From assembly GCA_945883905.1 (NCBI GenBank), contig CAMCYL010000005.1, positions 1-63,941 of the forward strand: 63,941 nucleotides of DNA, read 5' to 3'. This stretch comes from Akkermansia muciniphila. GTDB lineage: Bacteria > Verrucomicrobiota > Verrucomicrobiia > Methylacidiphilales > CAMAQI01. Every line of letters starts with the position of its first letter. Positions within the stretch are counted from its first letter, which is position 1. A program made the translations under genes and the position numbers. This document shows positions 52,911 through 63,234 of this stretch, in pieces. Under the pieces are notes generated by a model. It worked only from the letters and a program-made list of their open reading frames with translations, had not been told where the DNA came from and ran no database searches.

Positions 52911-53540
52911 TTAACAGTGATATTCAACCGTATTATCGGGAGCAATATCAATGACTTTATGAGCGATGAGTCCATCGAACACTTCAAGGAGCTCCTTTTC
53001 GGAAAGTTTTTTTCCGAATCGAATATGAATATGTGCGAGAAGAGTTTCTTTGCGTTTAGGACGACTTAAGTTATGAGAAAATCGTTCTGTCATGTCTTGA
53101 ATTCGAGTGAGGGAGTCATGGGAAAAAGTGATGGGGGAAGAAAGTGTGGAGACGGTTATTGGGGTTTTTTCAAAAACGGGAATTCGATCAAAGGCCTCGT
53201 ATCGAGTGACGGAGATCTGATGGCTCCGGAGATGATCAACAAGGGCATCGAATCCTTGATCACGCGAAAGAATATGAAAATGGCTATCGGGGGAGTGGGT
53301 TGACTGAACGCCGATATGATAAGCGAGAACGAAATCGAGCGCATTCTTCCCAGAACAACTCGTTTTGATGATTTGAACCTGATCGGGGAATTGAAGGAGT
53401 TTTGTGACGAGATCGGAGGGAAGCGAGGAGTGATGTTTGCCAAGGGCGAGATAGATTTTGACCGGCTTGTGACGAATCAGGTCGAGATCGATCTCACGAA
53501 CATTTTCGAAATCGACGAAAATGAAGTGTAAGGAGGACAT
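52911..53540 (-). CDS. NYN/PIN-like domain protein (predicted RNase fold) with a small C-terminal domain
   Basis: HFIFVDFENV, GKNALDFVLAYHIG and HILSRDQGFDALV follow the Asp-containing strand-end pattern of NYN/LabA-like PIN folds. The start is taken at MSSLHF. Confidence 0.55.
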   Translation of the reverse strand: MSSLHFIFVDFENVREIDLDLIRHKPVKIYLALGKHHSSLPSDLVTKLLQFPDQVQIIKTSCSGKNALDFVLAYHIGVQSTHSPDSHFHILSRDQGFDALVDHLRSHQISVTRYEAFDRIPVFEKTPITVSTLSSPITFSHDSLTRIQDMTERFSHNLSRPKRKETLLAHIHIRFGKKLSEKELLEVFDGLIAHKVIDIAPDNTVEYHC

Positions 53541-53695
53541 TCTTTTGAGATTACATGAATCATAAATGTTCAAAACAAAAAAAGGTTCTTTTCGAACACT
53601 GCCGTCCAAAATAACTCTGGATTTGATAGGTGAATTTGAGGAGGGGATCGGTTTAATCTCTTTATTTTCTCTTAATCGCTCCTATTCTTTACGTC

Positions 53696-54523
53696 ATGCG
53701 CCTTCTTTGGGAAACACATTCACATACAGAACTCTGTCATCATGCCCATGGTTCTGTGGCCGAGTACGCCGCTAGGGCTTTGGAACAGAATCTCGCTGGA
53801 ATCCATATTACCTGTCACACCCCGTTGCCCTCTGGATTTTCCCCTGGGGTCCGGATGCGAGAGGATCAAATGAACCTCTACGTTGATATGATCGATGAAG
53901 TTCGTGAACAATATAAGGGACGCTTAGAGATCGGCACAGGACTTGAATGCGATTATCTTCCGGAATTAGAGCCGTGGATTGCTCAAATTCGCGAGCGACG
54001 ATCGTGGAGTCATTTTTTGGGCTCCGTCCACCCTCAAACAGGAGAATACAAGGCCACTTATGCGTTGGGAATTCCGACAGAAAACATTAAACGTTATTTC
54101 CTCCTTTTAGCAAAATCGGCAGAGAGCGGTTTTTTCGATACCTTGGGTCATCCTGATTTAATTAAAAACGAATATCCGGAAATTTGGAAAATCGATTCTT
54201 TCCTCACGACGATTTGTAACACCCTTGATCGCATTGCCACTACGGGCGTCGCCATGGAGATGAATACCTCCGGATGGAACAAAGCGATTCAAGAGGTGAA
54301 TCCGGGACCTGTGATTTTGAAAGAGATGGCAAAACGCAATATCCCGGTGGTCCTCGGAGCGGATGCTCATCGTCCCACACGTGTGGGAGATCGATTCTTA
54401 GAGGGGTTAGAGATTTTAGAAGTGGCTGGTTATAAAGAGGTCGGAGTTCAAGAGATTGGCAAAAGACGCATGATTCCGATTGAAGCTGCTAAAAAAAGTC
54501 TTTCCTTCCCTTTAACGGTTTAA
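53696..54523 (+). CDS. PHP-family histidinol-phosphatase (HisJ/HisK type)
   Basis: WETHSHTELCHHA, FLGSVHP, DTLGHPDLI, MEMNTSG and GADAHRP are the PHP metal-ligand motifs. Confidence 0.85.
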   Translation: MRLLWETHSHTELCHHAHGSVAEYAARALEQNLAGIHITCHTPLPSGFSPGVRMREDQMNLYVDMIDEVREQYKGRLEIGTGLECDYLPELEPWIAQIRERRSWSHFLGSVHPQTGEYKATYALGIPTENIKRYFLLLAKSAESGFFDTLGHPDLIKNEYPEIWKIDSFLTTICNTLDRIATTGVAMEMNTSGWNKAIQEVNPGPVILKEMAKRNIPVVLGADAHRPTRVGDRFLEGLEILEVAGYKEVGVQEIGKRRMIPIEAAKKSLSFPLTV

Positions 54524-54618
54524 CCCAAATTTGCCTCATAAAATTAGCTCTGGAAAATCTTCAGAGACATTGGAAATCGATTTTAAAAGCCGATCTTTTA
54601 TTTATAAGGAACTTCAGG

Positions 54619-55518
54619 ATGAATCGTAAAAAAGAAAATCTCGAATGCACTCCGAAAGGATCTTTAGGGGCCATCAAAGTTCGGGAGAGAGTCCGCACGG
54701 ATCTCTATCAGTGGATCGGATTTTTCATGAGCTTCTCGTATTTAATTGCTGTTGAAAAGATGCAGACGAATACCCCCACTATTTCTCCCGATAGAGTGAT
54801 TCAACAGCGGTTCAATCGACCACTTTTATTGGATCGGCAGACAATCGTAAAAACCGATCAAACGGATGCCTTCTTTACAGTCAATCTTGGGCAGAATAAA
54901 GGAAGACTTCCGGGCTCTGGGTTTCAAGCGACGCATCAACTTTTTCCCCATCTGAAGGCTGTTTATGAGAATAACCTGCTTCTTCCCTATTGGGCTGAGA
55001 CCATTTCAAGTGATCGCTATTTGAATCAAAATCGACTAAGTCTTGAATGGAATCTGCTTTCAAAGACCTCCCTTCAAACGAGCTACACAGGACAAACGGA
55101 GCATGCCTTGAATCAAGAAAAGAATACTCTTTCGCAGAGCGATCAGAAAGAGTTTGGACTTAAAGGAAAAGTGTTAAAGCAAAGCCTTTGGGAGACCGGC
55201 TATCGACTGATCGAAACGGACCGTAACCTAACAAAGGATGAAACAAATCTTTGGTACGCCAATTGGAATCAGCCTGTAAGCTCGAAACTAGGATTTCTCT
55301 TTCAAACAGAATACCGAGAGAGCGGGGATCCGAGCCAAGATCAGAATGCTGAAGATAAAAGGCTTCATTTAGGAAGTGGGGCAAATTATCGATTGAACGA
55401 TAACTTCTCAGCACAACTTCGTTTCGATCTGAAAATGCAGGAGGAACTTCAAAACGCCACTCCACGTTGGGTCCCTGAGGAGAAGCGAATCTCCTTCTCA
55501 ATCAAAGGAGCTTTTTAG
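54619..55518 (+). CDS. Hypothetical protein, possibly an outer-membrane beta-barrel
   Basis: Alternating amphipathic strands in the C-terminal half ([25 protein letters not shown]) and a C-terminal ...SIKGAF ending in Phe. No clear signal peptide at the annotated start. Confidence 0.35.
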   Translation: MNRKKENLECTPKGSLGAIKVRERVRTDLYQWIGFFMSFSYLIAVEKMQTNTPTISPDRVIQQRFNRPLLLDRQTIVKTDQTDAFFTVNLGQNKGRLPGSGFQATHQLFPHLKAVYENNLLLPYWAETISSDRYLNQNRLSLEWNLLSKTSLQTSYTGQTEHALNQEKNTLSQSDQKEFGLKGKVLKQSLWETGYRLIETDRNLTKDETNLWYANWNQPVSSKLGFLFQTEYRESGDPSQDQNAEDKRLHLGSGANYRLNDNFSAQLRFDLKMQEELQNATPRWVPEEKRISFSIKGAF

Positions 55519-55563
55519 CTCAAATTTTAAATTCTAATGCAAGCAATGGGATAAAAAATACAA

Positions 55564-55637
55564 TGCACCCGTTGGGATTCGAACCCAAAACCTTCGGCTT
55601 CGGAGGCCAACACTCTATCCAGTTGAGCTACGGGTGC
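55564..55637 (-). tRNA. tRNA-Arg (anticodon CCG)
   Basis: The reverse complement GCACCCGTAGCTCAACTGGATAGAGTGTTGGCCTCCGAAGCCGAAGGTTTTGGGTTCGAATCCCAACGGGTGCA folds into a cloverleaf. It has a 7-bp acceptor stem, 4-bp D stem, 5-bp anticodon stem with loop CTCCGAA, and a T arm TTGGG/TTCGAAT/CCCAA. CCA is not encoded. Confidence 0.95.
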
Positions 55638-55922
55638 TTTTTGAAAGGAGATATCAACCTTTTAGTTGAACTCTCCCGCTTTCTGCATGATAGGCTCTTT
55701 CTTAAAAAGGGAAAAGAGTTTTATCGAAGGGATTGTTGGAGGAAGGCGCGGGGACTTGTTCCAACCATCATTTTGAAGTTTTTTGATCGTCAGAAAATCT
55801 TAGAGGCCCGATATACATTGACCGAGCAATTGGCGAAAGAGAATTTGTTAGATGAGAAATATCTTCATTGGGAGGGGGTTAGAAAACCGGATTAAAAATT
55901 AACGCTGAAGGCCGATTTATAA

Positions 55923-56462
55923 CTATAAAAACGGGGGACGGTAATGGAGTTCGTAGCGGAGATCGCGTGGACGTTCCCCAATCGGCTTGGCGGGGTTACC
56001 TGCAACAATGGTGTAAGGAGGCACATCCTGAGTCACCACCGCGCCTGCCCCGACGACGGCCCCCTCTCCAATGGTCACACCAGGTAAAATTAAAGCGCGG
56101 TAACCGATCCAAACGTACGATCCGATATGAACCGCCCCCCCTTGATCTGCAAAATCGGGGGATCGAGGATCATGACCGAGGGTCAGGATACTGGCCTCAG
56201 GCCCAATGGCGACCTGATCTCCGATCGTGATTTTGTAGCGACGACCATCAAGGAGAGTTCCGAAATTTAGGACATTATGATTTCCTAAAAAAACATTTTT
56301 GCCATGAAGAAATCGACAATTCATTTGAACGGCGGTTTTTTCTCCAAAACGCCCCAAGTAAGCCTTGAGATAAAGTTCCCGTACCGAATGGCTCGGAAGC
56401 TGTCCGATCACACAATGATAAAAAGAGGCGATAAAATTACCTGCAACGCTTCGAAAGGACAT
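55923..56462 (-). CDS. Hexapeptide-repeat (LbH) acetyltransferase
   Basis: IGDQVAIGPEASIL, VHIGSYVWIGYRALILPGVTIGEGAVVGAGAVVTQDVPPYTIVAGNPA. Confidence 0.85.
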   Translation of the reverse strand: MSFRSVAGNFIASFYHCVIGQLPSHSVRELYLKAYLGRFGEKTAVQMNCRFLHGKNVFLGNHNVLNFGTLLDGRRYKITIGDQVAIGPEASILTLGHDPRSPDFADQGGAVHIGSYVWIGYRALILPGVTIGEGAVVGAGAVVTQDVPPYTIVAGNPAKPIGERPRDLRYELHYRPPFL

Positions 56463-56604
56463 AGGGTCTATTTTTCACATAAATCGTGCTATTAAAAGAA
56501 TAAACCTCAAAGAGATTGTCTCACGCGAAGCAACTGTTCCAATGGAGCGTCGAGTGATCCAAGATCTCTTTTGCATATTTTTTAAAAAACCGTAGAAAGA
56601 GTGG

Positions 56605-58194
56605 ATGTCGCTGTGGTCTCGAACTCTTTTTCTCGCCCCTCTCCTCTCTCTATTTTGGGGATGTCACGCCACCTCCTCCACGTCTACTTTTACCTACGTC
56701 AATGGCTCCGAGCCAGAAAGTCTCGATCCTGCCATTATCACCGGACAACCGGAAATGCGCTTGGTCAGCGCGCTCTTTGAAGGACTCACCGCACGTAATA
56801 AAAAAGGGGAGATCGAACCGGGAGTGGCAGAATCATGGAAGATCTCTGCCGATTTAAAAACGATCCGCTTTACACTTCGTCACGCGCGATGGAGCAATGG
56901 AGATCCGATTACTGCTTCCGATTTTCTTCAATCTTGGGAACGGGCTCTTAATCCCCTCATGGCCTCTAAATATGCAGAGCTTCTCTACCCAATCAAAAAT
57001 GCTGAAAATTATAATAAAGGAAAAATCGATCAGTTTGATTCGGTCGGCGTTCGTGTCATCGATCCCCAAACGCTCGAAGTTGAACTCGAAAATCCGACCC
57101 CCTTTTTCCTCGATCTTTGTTCCATGCCAACCCTCTATCCGGTTCACTTTGCCTCTCTCAAGTCGGAAGGAAGAAATTGGATTAAACCGGGAAAACTGAT
57201 TTCAAATGGGGCGTATACACTCAAGGATTGGAAGATCGATGACCGTGTTATTTTACAAAAAAATCCTCATTACTGGAGAGCCTCTCAGGTCCAAATCCAA
57301 GAAATTGCCGCTCTAACCACCAGCTCTGCCACCACCGCTTTTAACCTTTTTTATTCTGGAAAAGCCGATCTCATCATGGATAAGGGATTGATTCCGACAC
57401 TGATGATTGAGCCTCTTAGAAAAAAGCCTTATTTTCACTCCAATCCCTTTCTTGCCACCTATTTCTATCGCTTCAATGTGACTCGAAAACCGTTCAATCA
57501 TCCCAAGGTGCGTAAAGCCTTTGCGCTTGCGATTCATAAACAGCAAATCGTCGAAAAAATCACTCGCGCAGGGGAGCCGATCGCACACTCTCTCACTCCT
57601 CCTGGAGTTCGCCACTACACGCCTCCGGAGGGCCTTCCACGAAATATCGCCCTGGCTCAAAAACTTTTGGCTGAGGCGGGATATCCAAACGGAAAAGGTT
57701 TTCCTCCCGTTTCAATTCTTTACAATAGCTCAGAACTCAATCAACAAATTGCCGTCGAAATCCAATCGATGTGGAAAGAGGCCCTCGGAGTTCATGTCAC
57801 CCTTCAAAATCAAGAATGGAAGGTCTATCTCGGCTCCTTAGATCAACTCGACTTTGATATCGCCCGCTCCAGTTGGGTGGGAGATTATAACGATGCGAAT
57901 ACTTTTCTCGATTGTTTTGTCACTGGACGAGGAAATAATCGAACCGGATGGAGTCACCCCATCTATGATCAACTCATGGCCCAAAGCGCGACCGAACAAA
58001 ATACCGAGAAACGAAGCGAAATCTTACAGTCGGCAGAACGAATTTTAATTGAACAGGAGTTTCCGATCGTCCCGATCTATCACTTTGTTGGAATGTCTCT
58101 TTATCACTCTGAAAAATTAGGAGGATTTGAAGCCAATGTCGTCGATGATCATCCGTTACGTGAACTTTACTTAATCGAAGCCTCTCAAAAATAA
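56605..58194 (+). CDS. ABC transporter substrate-binding protein, family 5 (Opp/Dpp-type peptide binding)
   Basis: Signal/lipoprotein-like N-terminus LFLAPLLSLFWGC, 529 aa, and family-5 motifs (GSEPESLDP, WSNGDPITASDF). Confidence 0.85.
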   Translation: MSLWSRTLFLAPLLSLFWGCHATSSTSTFTYVNGSEPESLDPAIITGQPEMRLVSALFEGLTARNKKGEIEPGVAESWKISADLKTIRFTLRHARWSNGDPITASDFLQSWERALNPLMASKYAELLYPIKNAENYNKGKIDQFDSVGVRVIDPQTLEVELENPTPFFLDLCSMPTLYPVHFASLKSEGRNWIKPGKLISNGAYTLKDWKIDDRVILQKNPHYWRASQVQIQEIAALTTSSATTAFNLFYSGKADLIMDKGLIPTLMIEPLRKKPYFHSNPFLATYFYRFNVTRKPFNHPKVRKAFALAIHKQQIVEKITRAGEPIAHSLTPPGVRHYTPPEGLPRNIALAQKLLAEAGYPNGKGFPPVSILYNSSELNQQIAVEIQSMWKEALGVHVTLQNQEWKVYLGSLDQLDFDIARSSWVGDYNDANTFLDCFVTGRGNNRTGWSHPIYDQLMAQSATEQNTEKRSEILQSAERILIEQEFPIVPIYHFVGMSLYHSEKLGGFEANVVDDHPLRELYLIEASQK

Positions 58195-58210
58195 AATATC
58201 TATTTTTCCT

Positions 58211-59128
58211 ATGATTCCCTTTATCTTTCGTCGCCTGATTCTGATGCTGCTAACGCTTTTTACAGTCGTTTCTCTCACTTTTCTTTTAATGCGTCTAGCA
58301 CCAGGAAACCCTTTTAGTGCGGATCGGAAAATCCCTCCTTCAATTCTTCAAGAATTAGAAAGTAAGTATGGTCTCTCGGGGACCATCGGAGAGCAATATC
58401 TCTCCTATCTGAAAGATGTCATTCGTGGAGATCTTCGGATCTCCACTAAATATCGGGATTGGTCGGTAAACGAAATCTTGGCTCAAACATTACCCGTATC
58501 GATGGCACTTGGATCGGTCGCTTTTTGTCTCACACTGCTCTTCGGAATTATACTGGGAAGTTTTGCCGCCCTCTATCAAGGACAATGGCAAGATCGCTCT
58601 TTGATGCTTGTGGCCCTTCTCGGGATCTCTATTCCCAGTTATATTCTCGCTCCTCTCTTCATTCTTTTTTTTGGACTCCATCTCGGCTGGCTTTCAGTTG
58701 CGGGGTTTGGAAACGCAGATCAATGGATTCTCCCAGTTCTTTGTCTTTCACTCCCCTTTTCAGCCTCCGTCGCTAGACTTGTCCGCACCAGTCTTCTCGA
58801 AGTTCTCACCCAAGATTTTATTCGCACCGCACGGGCAAAAGGGCTTGATGAATCAAAAATTATTATTCGACATGCCCTACGCGTTGCCCTTCTCCCCGTT
58901 GTTTCTTATGCAGGCCCTTTAGCCGCAAATCTCCTCACGGGATCGATGGTCGTAGAACAAATTTTTAAAATTCCAGGGATGGGTCCCTTTTTTATTAACT
59001 CCGTCCTCAATCGAGATCTTTTCGTGGTCGGCGGAATTGTCCTTGTCTTCAGCTTGATTTTGATGAGTTTGAATCTATTCGTCGATCTCCTTTATACGCT
59101 TCTTGACCGGAGAATTAAACTTTCATGA
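58211..59128 (+). CDS. Peptide ABC transporter permease (OppB/DppB-like)
   Basis: Six TM segments. The EAA-loop region FIRTARAKGLDESKIIIRHALRVALLPVV is present. Confidence 0.9.
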   Translation: MIPFIFRRLILMLLTLFTVVSLTFLLMRLAPGNPFSADRKIPPSILQELESKYGLSGTIGEQYLSYLKDVIRGDLRISTKYRDWSVNEILAQTLPVSMALGSVAFCLTLLFGIILGSFAALYQGQWQDRSLMLVALLGISIPSYILAPLFILFFGLHLGWLSVAGFGNADQWILPVLCLSLPFSASVARLVRTSLLEVLTQDFIRTARAKGLDESKIIIRHALRVALLPVVSYAGPLAANLLTGSMVVEQIFKIPGMGPFFINSVLNRDLFVVGGIVLVFSLILMSLNLFVDLLYTLLDRRIKLS

Positions 59129-60018
59129 AAGCCTCTCTTCTCCAAATTCTTTGGCGTGATTCCTTTCTTAGAGCCACTTTAATTGCGTTCTTCGCTTTAT
59201 TAATCATTGCTCTCTTCGGCTCTTTCTTTCTTGAACATCCTCAAGATCAAAATTCCGCACTCCAATTTTCCCCACCCTGCTCCGAACATTGGCTCGGGAC
59301 TGATTTTCACGGCCGTGATCTTCTTGCGCGCCTACTCAGTGGACTTCGTCTCTCCCTCTTTGTCGGCTCCATCGGAGCAGGTGTCAGTCTCGTCATAGGG
59401 GTCAGTGTGGGATTGATTGCCGGCTATTTTGGGAAGAAAATCGATTTAATCCTCATGCGTTTAGTGGATTTACTTTACTCCCTTCCCCGACTCGTTTTTG
59501 TCATCGTCCTGATCAGTGCGCTCGAAAAACCAACGGCCCACTTTCTTGAAAAAATTCATCTCTCCGAAATGCTTCCCCATGTTCGACTGCTTTTATTGTT
59601 TATTGGATTAGGTTGTGTGGAGTGGTTGACGATGGCACGAATTGTTCGTGGCCAAGTGCTTTCTTTGAAGGAATCGACCTTCGTTCTCGCCGCCCGGGCG
59701 TTGGGACAATCGCACACCCAAATTTTGATCCGCCATCTCCTTCCGAATCTGACAGGCATCGTGATTGTTTATCTGACCTTAACGATTCCCGTCGTTATTT
59801 TAGAAGAGTCCTTTCTCTCCTTTTTAGGGTTAGGAGTTCAGGCGCCGGCAGCGAGTCTGGGATCCCTTATTTCAGAGGGAGCTCAATATTTAAATCCCTT
59901 TGAGATTCAATGGTGGCTCATCCTTTTTCCCGCCGGAACAATGGCCCTGCTTTTGCTGATGTTAAATCTCCTCGGCGATGGACTCCGAGATGCAATGGAT
60001 CCGCGAAAGAAAAAATAA
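59125..60018 (+). CDS. Peptide ABC transporter permease (OppC/DppC-like)
   Basis: HWLGTDFHGRDLLARL and FVLAARALGQSHTQILIRHLLPNL. The start overlaps the upstream permease stop. No ATPase genes follow. Confidence 0.9.
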   Translation: MKASLLQILWRDSFLRATLIAFFALLIIALFGSFFLEHPQDQNSALQFSPPCSEHWLGTDFHGRDLLARLLSGLRLSLFVGSIGAGVSLVIGVSVGLIAGYFGKKIDLILMRLVDLLYSLPRLVFVIVLISALEKPTAHFLEKIHLSEMLPHVRLLLLFIGLGCVEWLTMARIVRGQVLSLKESTFVLAARALGQSHTQILIRHLLPNLTGIVIVYLTLTIPVVILEESFLSFLGLGVQAPAASLGSLISEGAQYLNPFEIQWWLILFPAGTMALLLLMLNLLGDGLRDAMDPRKKK

Positions 60019-60208
60019 TCCAATAATGAACGTAATGTGATGTAGGGGTCAGTTTTATTGGGGGCAGGATCTCGCTGGATCGTTGGTTGGAGAAAAAAGC
60101 CGATAAGAGTTAGACTGATCTTGTAAAAACGACCAATGTTCTTCTCCTCAAAGATGAGTGTTCATCATTGATCCATTTAATTCCTAATGTAAGATTGGGA
60201 TTTAAAAG

Positions 60209-60239
60209 TTGAAAATTATGACTAGTCGATTAAACTAGT
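60209..60239 (+). promoter_or_regulatory. Putative promoter/operator of the phd-vapC pair (TTGAAA-N16-TAAACT, with repeated ACTAGT palindromes)
   Basis: The -35/-10-like hexamers end 7 nt before the ATG at 60243, suggesting a leaderless or very short leader. ACTAGT occurs at 60221-60226 and 60234-60239. Confidence 0.3.
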
Positions 60240-60242
60240 TGA

Positions 60243-60491
60243 ATGAAAACAATCGGTGCATTTGAAGCGAAAACATCGCTCTCCAAGTATTTGGATTCCG
60301 TGGAACATCATCGCGAAGAGATCATCATTCAAAGGCATGGTAAGAATATCGCTAAACTCGTTCCCTATTCGGATGAAGGTGACGGAGAAAAAAGGGCGCA
60401 AACATGGGAGGGTCTTCGACGGGTACGTGAAGAAGGGGGGGCCGTGGATACGGCGACTGCGGTCAAATGGGCGAAAGAGGGGAGACGTTGA
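60243..60491 (+). CDS. Phd/YefM-family antitoxin
   Basis: MKTIGAFEAKTSLSKYLDSVEHHREEIIIQRHGKNIAKLVPY. Confidence 0.85.
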   Translation: MKTIGAFEAKTSLSKYLDSVEHHREEIIIQRHGKNIAKLVPYSDEGDGEKRAQTWEGLRRVREEGGAVDTATAVKWAKEGRR

Positions 60492-60495
60492 TTCC

Positions 60496-60909
60496 GTGAA
60501 AGTGACTTTAGATGTCTCTTTGACAGCCGCTTGGGTTTTGAAAGATGAAGATCAGACGAAATCATTGAAGATTCTTGAAAAGATTTTGAATGGAACTCTT
60601 ACGCTCGTTCAACCTGAACTCTGGTGGGTGGAGACCTTGAATCTCTTGAAAACGGCGACTCTCCGTAAAAGAATCACGCCTAAAACTGCCATTGAGGCAG
60701 TGAGGTTTCTCAAGGAAATTCCGATGAGGGTAATTTCAGTTTCTTTGGTCGGACAGGAAACAGTGCTTCAACTTTCACTGGATTGGGGGCTTACTGCTTA
60801 CGATGCTACTTATGTTGCGGTCGCCATGGAAGAGGGGTCGACTTTAGGAACCTTGGATAAAGATCTATTGGCCCTGAAAGGGAAAGAAAAACGGATTCTG
60901 TTTTTATAA
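60496..60909 (+). CDS. vapC: PIN-domain toxin (VapC family)
   Basis: GTG start 5 nt after the antitoxin stop. (M)KVTLDVSLTAAWVLKDED, LTAYDATYVAVAME, LGTLDKDL. The longer track ORF from 60256 is an out-of-frame overlap of the antitoxin. Confidence 0.8.
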   Translation: MKVTLDVSLTAAWVLKDEDQTKSLKILEKILNGTLTLVQPELWWVETLNLLKTATLRKRITPKTAIEAVRFLKEIPMRVISVSLVGQETVLQLSLDWGLTAYDATYVAVAMEEGSTLGTLDKDLLALKGKEKRILFL

Positions 60910-61087
60910 AAAACTTTGGCGCTATTTGCCTTTAGCTTGGCGGTTCATCCCTGCCTCCCCCTCCAAAATCACTCAGGCCCACAGTCGATTAGCCCATTCG
61001 TCTCTCAGTCCTTTGAATTCACAATTGTCTTCAGATTTTCACAATTCCTCTGTTGCGATCGAGGATCGCTTGTTTTAGGATTATTGA

Positions 61088-63232
61088 ATGGATCCTGTTA
61101 CTAAAGTCCCTGAAAAATTTGAATCTCCCGATTTCTTTATCAATCGAGAGCTCAGTTGGCTTGAATTTAATGCCCGTGTGCTCGAAGAGGCACAAGATCC
61201 CTCTCAGCCCCTCCTCGAACGCCTTCGATTCCTTTGTATTGTCAGCAATAATCTTGATGAATTTTTTGAAGTTCGGGTTGCAGGAATCAAACAGCAAATC
61301 GAAAATAATCTCGATGAAGACCCCTATGATGGAATGACCCCTCGTGAGGTTTTCCGTAAGATTCGTGAACGCGTCGGGAAGATGATTCATGATCAATATC
61401 AACTCTGGAATACCGAACTCCGTCCGAAGCTCGCAGAGGAGGGGCTCATTTTCGAAAATATTGAGACCTTACCCCCCGAAGAACTTTCTTGGGCCGAAAA
61501 CTATTTTCACCGCGAGGTCTATCCCGTCCTCACCCCACTTGCGGTCGATCCCAGTCATCCCTTTCCGCAACTGGCAAACAAAAGCCATAACATCATCGTT
61601 AAACTGGATCGCGAACGCGTTGGGGAAATCGACTCTTATGCCATTGTTCAAATCCCCCGTATTCTTAACCGGATTGTCCCCCTTCCTTCCGCAGATGGGA
61701 AAATTCATTATCTCTATTTAAGTCATATCGTTCGTCATTTCATCCAGCATCTCTTTCCAGAAGAACGGATTATTGTCTGTCGCTCCTTTCGAATCACTCG
61801 AAATAGCGACCTCTATATTGACGAAGAGGAATCGGCAAATCTCCTCAAGCATATTGAAGAGGAACTTCGTAAACGAAATCGTGGGAATGCTGTGCGTCTC
61901 GAACTCCATGAAGAGTGTCCGGCGGATCTCGAACGATTCCTCACAGAGACCTTCAAATTAACGTCCGAGGATGTCTATCGTCATTCGGATCCGATTAACT
62001 TCACTCATCTGATGCCGATTTGTAATCATGAGAGCTATGCCCATCTTCGTGATCGTCCATGGAATCCAGTGACGCCGCCGGGACTTTCACCGGATCATAA
62101 TCTTTTTGAGATCATTCGTTCCAAAGATCTCCTGCTGCATCATCCGTACGAAAGCTTTAATGTCGTTGTTGATTTCGTTGAAAAAGCAGCGGAGGATCCA
62201 CAAGTCCTCGGAATTAAAATGACCCTCTATCGCACAAGTGGTGATTCCCCGATTGTCCGCGCGCTGATTCGAGCAGCGACCGCAGGAAAGCAAGTCGCCG
62301 TTCTTGTTGAACTCAAGGCACGATTTGATGAGGAGAACAATATTCTCTGGGCTCGTCAGATGGAGGAGGCAGGAGTTCACGTGGTTTACGGAGTCGTCGG
62401 CCTCAAGATTCATTGTAAGATGCTCATGGTGATTCGCCGAGATGAAGACCACATTCGTCATTACGTCCATCTCGGAACCGGTAACTATCATCCGAAAACA
62501 GCCCGCGTTTATACCGATCTCAGTTATTTTACCGCTCGTCCAGAGATCGGTCTCGAGGTCGCTAATGTTTTTAATATCCTCACAGGGATGGGTCGTTTTC
62601 AAGGAGTGAAGCATTTATTGGTGGCTCCCTTTGACTTGAGTAAATCTTTCTTACGATTGATTCATCAGGAGCGAGACCATGCTTTGCAAGGCAAACCGGC
62701 TCGAATCATTGCCAAGATGAATTCCCTTGTGGAGCATCAAATCATTCAAGCGCTCTACGAAGCCTCTTGTGCAGGGGTCAAAATTGATCTCATTATTCGT
62801 GGAATCTGCTGTCTGCGTCCCGGTCTTGCCGGAGTCAGTGAAAACATCCGAGTCATTAGTATCGTTGGACGATTTCTTGAACACAGTCGAATTTACTATT
62901 TTGAAAACAGCGGCAACCCTCAAGTTTATCTGGGGAGTGCAGACTGGATGGCCCGCAATCTTTTCAAACGAGTTGAGGTTGTTTTCCCGATTGATAATCC
63001 GGAATTAAAATCGCGCATTGTTGGGGAAATTTTAGAGACCCTACTTAAGGATTGTGTAAAATCTCGAGAACTTCAATCGAGTGGAATCTATCTTCGCTTG
63101 AAGCCTGCGGAGGGGCAAATCCCTTTTCAATCGCAATACACGTTCCGAGAGCTCGCCCGTCAAGAGATTCAACACCCGGATCACGAAGAGAAGCCGCTGG
63201 AGATCATTCCTTTAAAACGATTTCCCGGATAA
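61088..63232 (+). CDS. ppk: Polyphosphate kinase 1
   Basis: FFINRELSWLEFNARVLEEA, FLCIVSNNLDEFFEVRVAG, and two PLD-like modules (KIHCKMLMV...; GRFLEHSRIYYF). 714 aa. Confidence 0.97.
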   Translation: MDPVTKVPEKFESPDFFINRELSWLEFNARVLEEAQDPSQPLLERLRFLCIVSNNLDEFFEVRVAGIKQQIENNLDEDPYDGMTPREVFRKIRERVGKMIHDQYQLWNTELRPKLAEEGLIFENIETLPPEELSWAENYFHREVYPVLTPLAVDPSHPFPQLANKSHNIIVKLDRERVGEIDSYAIVQIPRILNRIVPLPSADGKIHYLYLSHIVRHFIQHLFPEERIIVCRSFRITRNSDLYIDEEESANLLKHIEEELRKRNRGNAVRLELHEECPADLERFLTETFKLTSEDVYRHSDPINFTHLMPICNHESYAHLRDRPWNPVTPPGLSPDHNLFEIIRSKDLLLHHPYESFNVVVDFVEKAAEDPQVLGIKMTLYRTSGDSPIVRALIRAATAGKQVAVLVELKARFDEENNILWARQMEEAGVHVVYGVVGLKIHCKMLMVIRRDEDHIRHYVHLGTGNYHPKTARVYTDLSYFTARPEIGLEVANVFNILTGMGRFQGVKHLLVAPFDLSKSFLRLIHQERDHALQGKPARIIAKMNSLVEHQIIQALYEASCAGVKIDLIIRGICCLRPGLAGVSENIRVISIVGRFLEHSRIYYFENSGNPQVYLGSADWMARNLFKRVEVVFPIDNPELKSRIVGEILETLLKDCVKSRELQSSGIYLRLKPAEGQIPFQSQYTFRELARQEIQHPDHEEKPLEIIPLKRFPG

Positions 63233-63234
63233 AT

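Noticed and set aside
55563-55895. 110-aa + strand ORF starting at 55563
   Set aside because: Its first ~25 codons are the reverse complement of tRNA-Arg(CCG). The remainder has no support.
60256-60495. N-terminal 80 codons of track ORF 60256-60909
   Set aside because: This part is an out-of-frame overlap of the Phd/YefM antitoxin gene. The PIN domain starts at the GTG at 60496, right after the antitoxin stop.
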